The notes under the pieces are model-generated. The model was not told where the DNA came from. It ran no database searches and saw only the letters and a program-made list of their open reading frames with translations. 64,000 nucleotides of DNA from the human T2T-CHM13v2.0 reference genome, Homo sapiens. Numbering within the stretch: the stretch's first letter is position 1; each line of letters begins with the position of its first letter. The translations under genes and the position numbers were made by a program. Location: NCBI RefSeq assembly GCF_009914755.1, contig NC_060933.1; one strand, 5' to 3'. Positions 16,242-30,725 of the stretch are shown here, piece by piece.

Positions 16242-16557
16242 ACCTGATGGAGGGGTTGGCATTGTTAGAAGGGTTTTGGGTTTCCAGCACCTGCCTTCAT
16301 GCCTTACTTCTCGGTGGGCTCAGGACTCAGAATGGAAAAGAGTCCCAGGAGACCCCAGTAACTCTTCAACTCTTTTACTCTCACTGTTTTCTCTCCTTTA
16401 CAGCAGACACCACTATCTGCAAAGGGTCCTTTTCGCTGCTCCTGCCTGCCAGGAAGCACAGCCTAGATGGCAGTGTCCATGACTGTCCTGAGTAACCACT
16501 GGGTCCCCAGCATCTCAGCTTCACAGCTGTTCTGTAAAGACCTTCAGACGGAGGGAC

Positions 16558-17065
16558 GAGGCGGGTGGGTGGGTGGATGGATGGATGGATGCATGGATGG
16601 GTGGGTGGGTGGATTGATGGATGGATGCATGGATGGGTGGATGGGTGGATAGGTGAGTGGGTGGGTGGATGGATGAGTGGGTGCATAGGCAGGTATGTGG
16701 ATAGATGGAAGTATGGGTAGATGGATGGGTGGATGGATGGGTCAATAGGTGGATGGGTGGGTGGGTGAATGGATGGATGGATGGATGGATGCATGGATGG
16801 ATGGATGAGTGGATGGATGCATGAATAGATGGATGGATGGTGGATGGATGGGTGAGTAGGTGGATGGAGAGATGGGGGAATGGATGGATAGATGAACAAA
16901 TAAGTGATGGATGGGTGGGTGTATGTATGGATGGGCGGGTGGATGGGTGGGTGGGTGGATGGATGGATGTGTAGATGGGTGGATGGATAAGTGGATGGAT
17001 GGGTGAATGGGTGGATAAGTAGATGAATGGGTGGGTGGAGAAATACATGAGTATGTGGATGAATA
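16558..17065 (+). repeat. (TGGA)n/(TGGG)n degenerate microsatellite
   Basis: Directly visible ggat/gggt repeats. Confidence 0.96.
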
Positions 17066-19284
17066 GGTTACAGAGTAAAATGCCACCACCAGAGCAGTGC
17101 AACAGCGTGCTTTGCACTCAGCTCTGCCATGGAAAAAGTGGTTCCTTCCCAGGCTCTCACCAGGCTCACATGGGCTCCAGACCCCTGCACCCCCAACCAG
17201 ACTGGGGACACAGGGACTGTCTGCTCAGCTCTGCATCCATGCACCTGGTCAACACCAAGTGAGTCACAGGGAACCAGGTGGCCTGAGAGAAGGACCCATG
17301 ACAGATGGCCTCAGCCATGTCGCTAGGAGGCTTGGGTCCCAGTCCTGTGGCCCCACCAGCCAAGAGCTTGTGGACATTCAGAATCAGGCTTGTTGGTTTA
17401 AGCCCGGGCATGCAGCACCAAGACTGTCTGCCCATGGGCTCTCTGGGTCAGGCCCTGCCTGACTCAGTCCCTGCATCACCAGTGCCAGGCCAGGCACAGA
17501 CAGGCTCAGTGGGGTGGGCTAAGTAGTGCTGGGGACCCAAACCAGGCATCAGAGGGATTGAGATGCCCCCAGGCTGACTCCCATTCAAGCGGGTCCCCCC
17601 GCCTCCCCCCGAGCCCATCCCCTCTGTCCACCTGCTGCCACTCTGACAGCTACAACCCACCCAGGCTTGGGGCTGCCTGGACTCTGCCTATAACTTCACA
17701 GGCTCACTCCCATGCTGTCCTTCACACCTGGAGAAGTGCCAAGGTTACCAGTGCCACAGAACAAACAGCCGCATGCACTCTGCACCCTGCTCAGCCATTG
17801 AGACAGCAGATCCTGTAGCTTTGGGCAGTTCCCACATCCTTCCAGTCCTGATCTTTCCCCTGGAAGCCAAGGAGCATTCAGTGCCTTCTCTACATGCTCT
17901 TGGCCCCTGTCCACAACAAAGGCCACAGGTCCCTTGTTGTGGAACTATGAGTGAACCCAGCGTTCTCCCCAGGGACCCCAGCACAAAACGAGCTCTCAAC
18001 ACACATGAGTGAATAAAACTGTCCCAGAAAGCGGGAGACTTTACACAGTGGCTACAATGTCCCTAGTACACTGCCACAGTCCAGAAGGGAGAGAAGGGGC
18101 TGTGCACACCAGGAAGCCAGAAGCCCACATGCACCTGCCCAGGGTCTGTGCATGGAGCTCCGGCAGGTCCAATCTCTTGGCCTTCAGAATAATGATGTAA
18201 ATACAGGGACAAAGATGGAGCAGGTGCCACTCAATGTGCAAACCCTCCCCCTTCTTCTGGTGAGGCCAGAAGTACCTAGGTAGGAGCAGCCCCTACCTCC
18301 AACCACCTCCCTCCCTGCAGTGGGAATAGCAGCCCAATCCCCAGGCTGCAGGGATCCACAGGCCATGCAAGTGTGGCTCTACCCCCAGCATGCCCTGGTG
18401 CAAAGCTGTGCCCAGAGAGATGTTATCTGCACCCCAGACTGCCTGTGGTGCTGCAGAGTGGTGCCGAGGAGAGAGCAGGGCACACCTGGAGTCTGTATCA
18501 ACTGCCTTCCCTAGGGAGTCTTGGGCCCTCTCCACATTCAAGGCGAGGGGAGCAGAGGATCTCCACGAAGACCCCCTGAGCACATCCCTTCTCTTTTTGC
18601 TGATAGACAACCCAAGGCTTAAGGGGTTTTGGAACCAAGACATGGTCACTGACGTTAGAGGAATGGCTCGCTCTCCCTCCTGCATCCCTACCTGGTAAGG
18701 TGGGGCAATTGACCCTTTCCAAAGCACCCTGGTTGCTGTAGGAAGGAGAATGGAGACATCAGGCTGAGCCCACTGGCCTCCTTCAGCGCTTGGGCTCTCC
18801 CCTGCAGACAGCCTTCCTCAGCAGCCGCACAGCTCAGGGCTTCTCCTCCCTGGGTGCCAGTAAGCCCAGGTAAGCCTCTGGCTGCCCAGCAATTCCAATA
18901 CCCAGAGGGAGGAGCCAACAGGGCAGGCCACGTTCTCACCAAGCCATCTGCAGAGGGGTCAGGTCCACCCTGAGTCCTCCCTTCTCAGTAACAAGCTGCT
19001 GCTGTGTTTTCCATTGTCCCACAGCTGATTTGTCAGTTGGTGCAATCACAGCGAGGACAAACACTAATGCCCCTCCTGAGACCTCTCTTCCAGCTGATGG
19101 TGTGGACCTTGACTCCACAGCAAGTGTCTGCAGGCCCTCCAGCTGGCCCTCGGTAGCCTGGAGTGGCTCGTCCTGGACAGACTCACCGCTATGACACAGG
19201 GGGAACTGCCAGGAGTCCCTGAGCGAGGTGATCTGAGAAATGCCATGGCAGTGTTCTAAGCCAGCAGCCTGGCTTACCCACAAC

Positions 19285-19390
19285 CTCTCTGCTGTGTGAC
19301 CTTGAGCAAGTGCCTTAACCTCTCTGAGCCTCAGCTTGCCCCTCTGTTAAAGAATGATCATATATGACACCTAGCAAGGTTATGTGGAGT
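19285..19390. mobile_element. MIR fragment
   Basis: gctgtgtgaccttgagcaagtgccttaacctctctgagcctcag, the MIR core. Confidence 0.8.
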
Positions 19391-19419
19391 ATCAACAACA
19401 AGGAATCCACTGCAGCCAG

Positions 19420-20452
19420 TGTTGCAGGTGCAACTGGCTGGGGCTGGTGTCACGGGTGGTAAAAGAATTTACCGAGACAGTCATGGGTAAAGAAAGTCTG
19501 AAGACACCTTGCAAGAGAACAGCAGGCAGCATGGCAGAGAGAAGGCCACCTCCCCAGGGGCAGAGGCCAGGGGGAAGTTTGATAGGGTCACATTGGAGAG
19601 GCGACATGCAGACAGGGTCATGCTGGAGAGGCCACATGCAAACAGAGTCATGCTGGAGAGGCCACATGTGGATACGGTCATGCTGGAGAGGTGACATGCA
19701 GACAGGGTCACTCTGGAGAGGCCACATGCAGACGGGGTCATGCTGGAGAGGCCACATGCAGACAGGGTCACTCTGGAGAGGCCGCATGCAGACAGGGTCA
19801 CGCTGGAGAGGCTACATGTGGAAACGGTCACACTGGAGAGGCGACATGCAAACAGGGTCGTGCTGGAGAGGCCACATGCAGACAGGGTCATGCTGGAGAG
19901 GCAACAGGCAGACAGGGTCACGCTGGAGAGGCCCCATGCAGACAGGGTCACGCTGGAGAGGCCCCATGCAGACAGGGTCACGCTGGAGAGGCCCCATGCA
20001 GACAGGGTCACGCTGGAGAGGCCCCATGCAGACAGGGTCACGCTGGAGAGGCCACATGCAGACAGGGTCACGCTGGAGAGGCCCCATGCAGACAGGGTCA
20101 CGCTGGAGAGGCCCCATGCAGACAGGGTCACGCTGGAGAGGCCCCATGCAGACAGGGTCACGCTGGAGAGGCCCCATGCAGACAGGGTCACGCTGGAGAG
20201 GCCCCATGCAGACAGGGTCACGCTGGAGAGGCCCCATGCAGACAGGGTCATGCTGCTGGAGCTAACGTGCAGAGCTAGGTATTTGGTAACAGGAGGTTGT
20301 GCAAGCAGGCTGCTTGTGGTTATCCATTTCTTAGAACAATGGCTCTCCCCCACCCTAGTTCATGTTCTTGCCAGCTAGGGCCTGTGGTGCCATGGAGTTG
20401 TGCAGAGGAGGGAGCCCCTTCCTCATTTCTATCAGCTGATTGGGACTCCACA
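19420..20452 (-). mobile_element. ERVL-class solo LTR (LTR47-like) containing an expanded VNTR
   Basis: TG...CA ends; the minus strand starts tgtggagtccc...aatgaggaagggg; the plus strand starts tgttgcaggtgcaactggctggggctggtgtcacgggtggtaaaagaatttacc; subfamily name from memory. Confidence 0.65.
19584..20256 (+). repeat. 30-bp VNTR, about 22 copies (CGCTGGAGAGGCCCCATGCAGACAGGGTCA)
   Basis: Exact 30-bp period (two units per 60-nt line); 10-aa repeats in the ORF track. Confidence 0.98.
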
Positions 20453-21354
20453 GTTTGGTTTCGCTGCATATGACAATCCCAGCAAAAGAAGCATAAACAA
20501 GAAAGAAGCTGATTTCTTTCTGAAGGGAGAATCTGGGGATGACTGATTGAGGGTGAGGTGGCAGCTCCTCGATGTCCTCAGGGACCCAGATCCTGGCTGT
20601 CCTGCTCCTCATCCTCCACGCATGGTGTCTAGCCTCAAAGCCACTCCATGGTCCAAGGTGGCTGCTGGTGCTCCAGCCATCAAGACCACAGGACAGGTGG
20701 AAGGAAGCTGGAAAAGTACAGGGCAGAAAAGGGCCCATCCCAGAAGTCCCAGCTGAGTCAGCTTGTTTTTAGCCATCTTCCTGGAAGTCTCCTACAGCAC
20801 TTCTGCCTTTAACCCACTGGCCACGACTTAGCAGCTCAGCTCCACTTAGCGTCAGGGAGGAAGCTGGGAGATGCAGGTTTTCATTCCGGCCAGCTACATG
20901 CCCCGCCACGCATCAGGGTTCTGCTTTCGTGGAGGAAGGGAAGAGGACCATGTCTGTACAAGAGGAGCTAGACCCACGATAAACATGAGCCACGCTAATG
21001 TTGTCAGCATCCCCAGAACAGCCGGCAACACAGCCTCGCATCACACCCAACCTCCCGCCAGCCTCCAGCCCTGAGCAGCGTCCTCACTGCACCGCAGCCT
21101 AGAGAGGGAGCCAGGGTGCAAAAGGGACAGAAAGGGAGAGAACCGGAGGCCAGGCTGACCCGAGCAGCCAGGGACAGAGGACAGACCCGGGAGGCAGATG
21201 TGCGGCAGCACATGGTCCTCCCAGGAGCCGTGGCCCAGCACCTCCTGGCCGGAACAGCCATCCTATTCAAATAAACGAGTAACAAAAATGGGCACGCTCT
21301 CCACTTCCAAAAGCAATGCTGGCCAGGCACAGTGGCTCACGCCTGAAATCCCAA

Positions 21355-21865
21355 TGCCAGAGGCGTTGGAACCAGAGCAACTCCATCTTGAACAGGAGCT
21401 GGGTAAAATGAGGCTGAGACCTGCCGGGCTGCATTCCCAGGAGTTTAGGCATTCTAAGTCACAGGATGAGATAGGAGGTCGGCACAAGATACAGGTCATG
21501 AAGACCTTGCTGATAAAGCAGGTTGCAGTAAAGAAGCCGGCCAAAGCCCACCAAAACCAAGGCGGCCACGAGAGTGACCTCTGATTGTCCTCACGGCTCA
21601 TTATATGCCAATTAGAATGCATTTGCTGCTAAAAGACACCCCCACCAGCACCATGACAGTTTACAGATGCCATGGCAATGTCTGGAGGTTACCTTATAAG
21701 GTCTCAAAAGGGCGGGGAGGAGACCTCAGTTCCTCTTCATCCCTTTACTTTCCTGATAAACTTGCTCTCACTTTACTCTGTGAACTCGCTCCAAATTCTT
21801 TCTCGCATGAGATCAAAGAGACCTCTCTTGGGGTCTGGATCAGAGCCCCCCCTTTTCCAGTAACA
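21355..21865 (+). mobile_element. ERV1 solo LTR MER41B, internally deleted, inserted in an Alu
   Basis: tgccagaggcgttggaaccagagcaactccatcttgaa ... ccttttccagtaaca; Alu sequence at 21321-21354 resumes at 21866. Confidence 0.9.
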
Positions 21866-22482
<617 letters not shown>

Positions 22483-23170
22483 AGCAGTGCTATTTTCCTA
22501 CAAATGAAGAAATCTCATCAGACAAATACTGCCACAAACCAGATGAAAATCATGATCTAATATTCCAACAAGAACTTCAGCTCCAAAGGGAGACTACAGC
22601 ACAGGATAAGAACAGAGGAGAATAAGCACAGAATAAGAATGCAGGGAAGAGGTGGCCAAACAGCAGCTGAGTCTGTGGTAGGACATGACAGAATTCAGGA
22701 AGGAAACTGAAGAAAAAGACAGAACCATTTCAGAAATGAAGAAATGAAGTTACAGGTAATATGAGAGCACAGACACCATGAAAATCACGTAAAAAAGGAA
22801 AAAGTGAGCAAATGGAAAGAAAGAGGAAAGAGATTAAAAAGGAGGCCTCCTGAGTAGCTGGGAGCACAGGTGTGCACCACAGCACCTGCTGAACAAGGAT
22901 TGAAACTATCATTCAAGACCTCTTTATTGAAATGCAGGCAGACTTGCACCTACCTGTAAAAGTGCAAGCTGTATACTTGTGTGTGTTGGCCCAGAACAGT
23001 CAACACAAAACATGCCTTTGTAAAGTCACTGGACTTTAAAGATAAAGAAATAATCCTTTAGGCAGCCAGACAGAAAGACCAAGTATCTTATAAAGCAAAG
23101 AAAACCAACTTGACATCAGACTTCTCCAAAGTGACATTCAATACCAGAAGAAAAAAGAAGCAATGCCTCC
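22483..23170 (+). mobile_element. Ancient L1/HAL1 ORF1-like fragment
   Basis: A-rich; gataaagaaataatcctttaggcagccaga...aacttgacatcagacttctcc resembles the L1 ORF1 KEKILKAAR...LTADFS segment. Confidence 0.6.
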
Positions 23171-23181
23171 TTATCTAGAAT

Positions 23182-24240
<1,059 letters not shown>

Positions 24241-25559
24241 CTTCCCCCCTCCACCACCCATTTTAATCCTGGGCTTTGCCTGGCTCCAATTCCTCTCTTA
24301 TGTAAAGCAATGGATCAGACACACAGCCTTGGGGGATCTGTGAGAACTGAAGGGACTGAGGCCTCTCTCACACAGAACCCCAAAACCCTCCCATGCCTCC
24401 AGGACCCCCAGCAGGGAAGAACCCCACCTAACTCAGGGCCCAATCAGAGGCAGGGCCAAGGGTTATCCCTGCCCTCAGACTGGTTTTCCCAGGCTAGGGT
24501 CTGAGAACCCCGAGCAGCCAGTCCTTCTTCCCATGGGATGCGACTGGGCAGGGCCAGTGAAGGAACCCAGAGGCATGTTAGTCAAAGCGGGTTTCAGGCT
24601 CTGGGTGAGGGGTCCTGCATGGTGAGAAGCTGGGCCCACCTCCCACAGAGCCCACAGAACAGACTCAAACTCAGACACCAACAAGAAGATGCCAAGGCTG
24701 GGGAGGGCAGGCCCAGCCCGCAGAGTTCCTGCAAGGACTCTTCCCTGGCTGTGGTCGGAGCAGCTACTCAGGAAATCCCTGGCAGCAGAGTGGGCACCCC
24801 CTCCGGGCACCAGGAGGAGAGGTGTGCAGAGGGGATTCCGGGTCAGCCATTGGGATTTGAGACTTGCCTGGACACCCACTTCCACTTCTCCCCCACCAGG
24901 CGTTTCTCCCATCAGGGAAGAGGAATGCTCAGATGGGCCCAGAGGCCATGCAGAAAGAAGGAGGCCTCCCCCAGGGCTGAGAAGGCAGTGATGGGAGGCC
25001 GGCCCCAGGCTTGGGGTGTGGGTGGTTTCAATTGGAAAACTTTTATAATAAAAAATTGGAAGAAAGAATGTAATTCCCTCTAAAAAAATATGTCCTCGTG
25101 ATGCCACGTACCCACCTACACCCACCTGACCCCAGGCACCTCCTTCCACAGCCAGCCACTGCAAAGGAGGCCAGGGAATGTGTCTTCCTGATGCCCACAA
25201 AGGAGACACAGAGCTGGAGGGCATGGGGACCCAAGGTTCCAGGCTTCAGAAGGGAAAGCATCCACAGCGATCCCACAGTAAGGACAGCCTCTGATGGCAG
25301 CCCCCACTGGCCAAACTACATCCCCCTGGGCAGAGTGCACCGGGCCTGGCTTCCCTCCATGCTGGTTCCAACTCACAGCTGGGGTGAGGCCAGGGCGAGG
25401 CCAGGTCCCCCCTTCACGGGGAAAGCTCCCTGGGTGCTTCCCTGGTCAGGGCTGTGCATTCTTGTTACCAGTCCCTCCCTGACCCCAGTGACTCTGGCTG
25501 GGCCTCCACCCCTGCCCAGACCCACCCCACTACAGAAGACCCTGACCTACCATTCACTC

Positions 25560-26135
<576 letters not shown>

Positions 26136-27894
26136 TGAGCAAACTGAGACACAGAGAGGTTCAGCCACCTGCGAAGGTTGCACAGCCAGGATCCACCGCC
26201 TTCTCGCAGCACCCACCCTCTTCCCAAGGAGTGCCCAGTTCAGCAAGGCAGATGACACCAATCCCAACTGGGCAGCCAGGTTTTATGAGGCCAGGACAAA
26301 CAGCACTGATTTGAAGCCTTGTAGAGGGGTTCAAATCACAGGCCCTGCCACAGGCTGGCCTCAGGGTCCTGGGGGAGCTGTGGGCATGCTTCTGAGCCGT
26401 AGCTCCTCTATCCACCCAAGGGAGCTGGTAGCACTGGCCTTAAGAGTGTGCTGTGAGCCCGGGGGGTTGCAGCTGGGCATTGAATGATTCCTACCACCCC
26501 ACAAATACCACTCTGCCCCTCCAACGGGGGCAACCCCTCATGGCCTGTCTCGGCAGCGTGGAAGTTACACTCTATTGCATCACCCCCAGGAAGATGGAGA
26601 GAGGCCCCCAGGACCTCATGAGGGTGGTTTTCTGCGTAATGAGATGCCTTGGATATTCCTAGAGGTCCGAGCCTAGGCCTCTGTCAGCACATCAGTGAAT
26701 GCAGCCCTGCTGGACAAGCTCAGGAGGACTCCAGGATCCCGAGTGACACATTCCACATCCATACAGGCAGACCAGGGCCTGCAATTACAGATGGGAGGTC
26801 CCAAGGTCCAGGCAGGGGCTCCCACATGTTCCCAGGAAAGCACCAGGCAGGGAGGGTGGTGGGCAGCAGTTCTGGGCTTTGCTCCTCGCCAGGCCCCATT
26901 TCTTCATCTGTAAAATGGGGAGAAAATATTTTCCCTTCCTAACTGCATTGGAAAGACGAGATAAGCAGCCGACTGGGGAAGGTGGAACTTCCCACTCAAG
27001 CAATATTGGGCGAAATAAGTGGGTTCAGAGACTGAGCGGTGGTGCTGGCCCCAGACACTGGTGTGGATGCAACACGTCGCAGGACTCAGCCGGTCGAACC
27101 CCTGCCTGCCGCTGCACTGATGCCCCCTTCCCCCTCACAGAGCCCTGATGCCCGGCCATCCTGATGGCGGGAGCTCCCCTAGGCCTCTACAGCCGTGGTC
27201 CAAACGAACCCTGCACTCCACACCGGGGCTCCTCACCACTGGGGCACCCTGGGCTGCCCTCGGGGCTGGCACTCGGTGGTGGGGGCCGTCCGACACCTGG
27301 TAGGATGCTGAGCCGCACCCCCGGCCTCCACCCACTAGACTTTGGTAGCATTCATTGTGACAACAAATTTATACCTAAACATTGCCAATACTGCCCCCAG
27401 TGGAGAACCAATGACGGGTAGTCTAGACTGTCCATGTCACCTTCTCTTAGTCCTTCCCCGGACTGGGACGTCTCACAACCAAGTCCTTGTCCCACCCCAC
27501 TCTCTACATCCCGGCATCCAGCACCGCCCCCTGCTGAGGGCTCGGCCAATGTTTCCTGAATGAATGAGTGGCCCCTGGATGTGAGCATGGGTCACACACC
27601 TCACGGTGATTGGGTGGGGGTTTCTCATGAGTAGAGGGACCCCCACATGCCAGGGCTGCGCTGAGCAGGGACGTCAGTGACTCCCTCTGTGAAGGCGGCC
27701 ACTTGAGACAGGATTCTAGGAGCCTCTGTCACACCCGGCAGTGCACAGGATGATTCAGAGAGAGGCTGTCCCAAGGCCTCCCGGCTCACTGGTCGCAGTC
27801 TTCCAGGTCCTCCCGCCACCCTCCACACAGCACCACTGCCACCCTCATCCCTGCTGGGCAGGAGAGGCGGTCGGGAGGGCAGACACAGGGCAGT

Positions 27895-28990
27895 GGGCGA
27901 GTCTGATCCGGGTTTTGTGAGGCCTCCCTATAAAGAAAGAATACAAACTTACAAAAACAAAATTAGGTATGACAGTGAATATTTCTTTAGGATGAGGAAA
28001 AAAAAAAGCAAACATACAAAATCCAGAAAACCAACATCGTGTTTTTACGAAGGGCCTGCTCCATCTCCATAACACTTCTTCTTGAACTTTTTGGCTGCGT
28101 ACTTTTTATCTATCTCATTGTTTGAGAATTTTACATCACCTATGATAGAAGGAATAGAAACATAATTGCTCTTCCTCCAGCATGGTTGATTGAAATTTGT
28201 TTTTTCTTATTTATAATTAGAACACATAGAACAGATGACTTAACACATGTGCACACAGTTTTGCAGTACAGCTAGAGGTCTGTGTACGTTAAACAACAAG
28301 TTCTGATCAATTCTATTTACAAGATTCCTGTTTGCAAAAGGAAGCAGGCCAGGCATAGTGGCTCCCACCTGTAATGCCAGTACTTTGGGAGCCCAAGGTG
28401 GGCGGATCACTTGAGCCCAGGAGTTTAAGACCAGCCTGGCCAACATGGTGAGATCCTGTGTCTACAAAAAAAAAAAAAAAAAGCTGGATGTGTAGTTCCA
28501 GCTACTTAGGAGGCTGAGGCGGAAGGATTGCTTGAGCCTGGGAGGTTGAGGCCGCAGTGAGCTGTGACTGCCCTACTGCACTGCAGCCTGGGCGACAGAG
28601 CAAGTCCCTATATCAAAAAAAAAGAGGAAGCAGCAATGCTGGGTGCACATTTATAATTGTATACGATGCATTTATCAACAGACCATTTCTGCTCTGGCGA
28701 GGCCCCGATGAGAGCTGAATACTCTGCTTACAAAGGCACACGCCCGAGGACCGTCAGAGAGTCCACCGGGCGCTTGGGCTCCGTGTGTTTCAGACCAGCC
28801 TGGCCAACATGGTGAAATCCGCATCCATGTGCGGTGCAGAGCATGGCAGGGTGCATTCTCCTCCTCACCGTCTCTCCCAAGCACCTTCAGGTCGTGATGC
28901 CGAAGAAACCATCTATGCCCAGGTCTTAATCCATAAAGGTGCCTAACAGAGGTCAACGCTATTGAAAGGAAAGTCTAACATCGCTCTTGA
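27895..28990. mobile_element. Ancient hAT-type DNA transposon fragment (Zaphod/MER115-like), interrupted by an AluJ (~28347-28623)
   Basis: gatccgggttttgtgaggcc...aaagaatacaaacttacaaaaacaaaattaggtat...agtgaatatt resembles the recalled Tip100-group terminus. Confidence 0.45.
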
Positions 28991-29539
28991 AACATTCGCT
29001 AGAAATGAGAGACGTGGCAGGCCCCGCAGGGCGGCAGGGGGAAGCCGCAGGCAGACCAGGAGGCAGAAAGGAGCTAGGGAAAGGCCAAGCCACAGCCTGT
29101 GTTGGCTTCCCTGTGAAAGCCGGGCAGAGCAGGGGAGACAGCTTGGGACGGGCTGATTTGTCTGATTCTGGGTTTCGGGGCTGTCCCTTGTGGTCTGGTT
29201 CTGGGCCTGGGTTGACACTGGGCAGGGAAATATTGGCTGGGGGTACGGAAGATGAAGGAAGTGGTTTGGAGCAGGGACTCTGGGCAGCAGGGGAGGTGCT
29301 AACAGCCCTGGTCAGGAGGTTGGCCCTGTCATCATGACCGCAAGTACTCAAACGCAGGATCTAAGGAGGCACAGATCAAGGACGAAGCCAGCAGGAAGGT
29401 CAGTGGGGATGAGGGGGACTTGGGGTCTTTCTTCCTCTGCCTCCTTCCCCTTCCCACACCGGAGGGTAAATTGTGTTCTTCTGTGAAAGTCACAAGAACC
29501 CTCAGACACCCAGAGAGTTCACACACAAACACAGGAAAA

Positions 29540-30470
29540 GACACAAGTCGTATGACCATCTCAACAGATGCAGCCTAGTGTTTGATGACACTCACTGTCT
29601 GTTCTTAAGGAAAAGCTCAGCCCTCTGGGAAGAAAAGACCCATTGTTAAGCTGATGAAGGCCATCTATGGAAAAAGTCAGAGCTGCCAACAGAGCTAACA
29701 GGAAAATGTTGAAAGCTTTCTTTACAAGATTGGCAAGGGGGCAAAGAATCCTATTAGTGCCACTGCTATTCAATATCAGCCTGGATGTGGCAGACTGCAC
29801 AGTGAGTCGGGTAAAGTTTGTGAAGAAGAAAACAAAACTGTCTTTATTCACAGATGATATGGTTGTGTATGCAGAAGAGCCTACATAATCCACAGGGAAA
29901 TTCTGAGGATTCAGAGGAGTTTAGCAAAGTTGTTGGGTTCAAAATCTATAGGCAAGATTCCATTTTCTTACTATATATTAGCAACAATGTTGGAAAAATA
30001 AAATTTATAAAAAGACATAATAGCACAAAATATCAAGAATCTAAGAATAATGTGCAAGGTCACTATACAGAAATGTTATTAGTAGGCATTAAAGATGGTC
30101 TAAACAAATGGAGATACCATGTTCATGGATTAGAAGACTCAAAATGAATTCTTCCCAAATTAATTAATTTTTTCCAAATTGATTTGTAGAACTAAAGAAA
30201 TTGCTATCCAAATCCTAACCAGGTTTTTGTGGAACTTAAAATACTTACTCTAAAATTTGTGTTGTTTTCGTTTTTGATTTTTTTTTTCTTTTTCTTCTTC
30301 TTCTTATATTGAGATGGGGTTTCTCTATGTTTTCCATGCTGGTCTCAAACTCCTGGGCTCAAGCCATCCACCCGCCTCAGCCTCTCAAAGTGCTTGGATT
30401 ACAGGCATGAAGCACTTTATCCAGACTAAAATTTGTATGGAAATACAAATTCAATTTGACAAATATTTGG
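29540..30470 (+). mobile_element. Old L1 ORF2 RT fragment
   Basis: ORF track peptide KLSLFTDDMVVYAEEP corresponds to L1 RT KLSLFADDMIVYLENP; catgttcatggattagaagactcaa downstream. Confidence 0.88.
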
Positions 30471-30725
30471 CCAGGCATGGTGGCTCATGTCTATAATCCC
30501 AGCATGTTGGGAGGCTGAGGCGGGTGGATCACTTGAGGTCAGGAGTTTGTGACCAGCCTGGCCAACATGGTGATACCCCGTCACTACTAAAAATACAAAA
30601 ATTAGCCGGAAATCACTTGAACCCAGGAGGCGAAGGCTGCAGTGAGCCAAGATTGTGCCACTGTACTCCAGCCTGGTCAAGAGAGCGAGACTCCATCTCA
30701 AAAAGAAAAAATAATAAATAAAAAA
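30469..30725 (+). mobile_element. Alu with internal deletion
   Basis: Left arm joins at attagccgg directly to aatcacttgaaccc. Confidence 0.88.

Noticed and set aside
13515-20256. Tandem arrays as CRISPR-like repeats
   Set aside because: Head-to-tail units without unique spacers, no cas genes, and primate context
19384-20378. ORFs of 141-293 aa in five of six frames across the 30-bp VNTR
   Set aside because: The unit is a multiple of 3 with a stop in only one frame, so long ORFs are expected; no splice or homology evidence
24475-25224. 249 aa minus-strand ORF
   Set aside because: No recognisable motif; consistent with a chance ORF in GC-rich DNA
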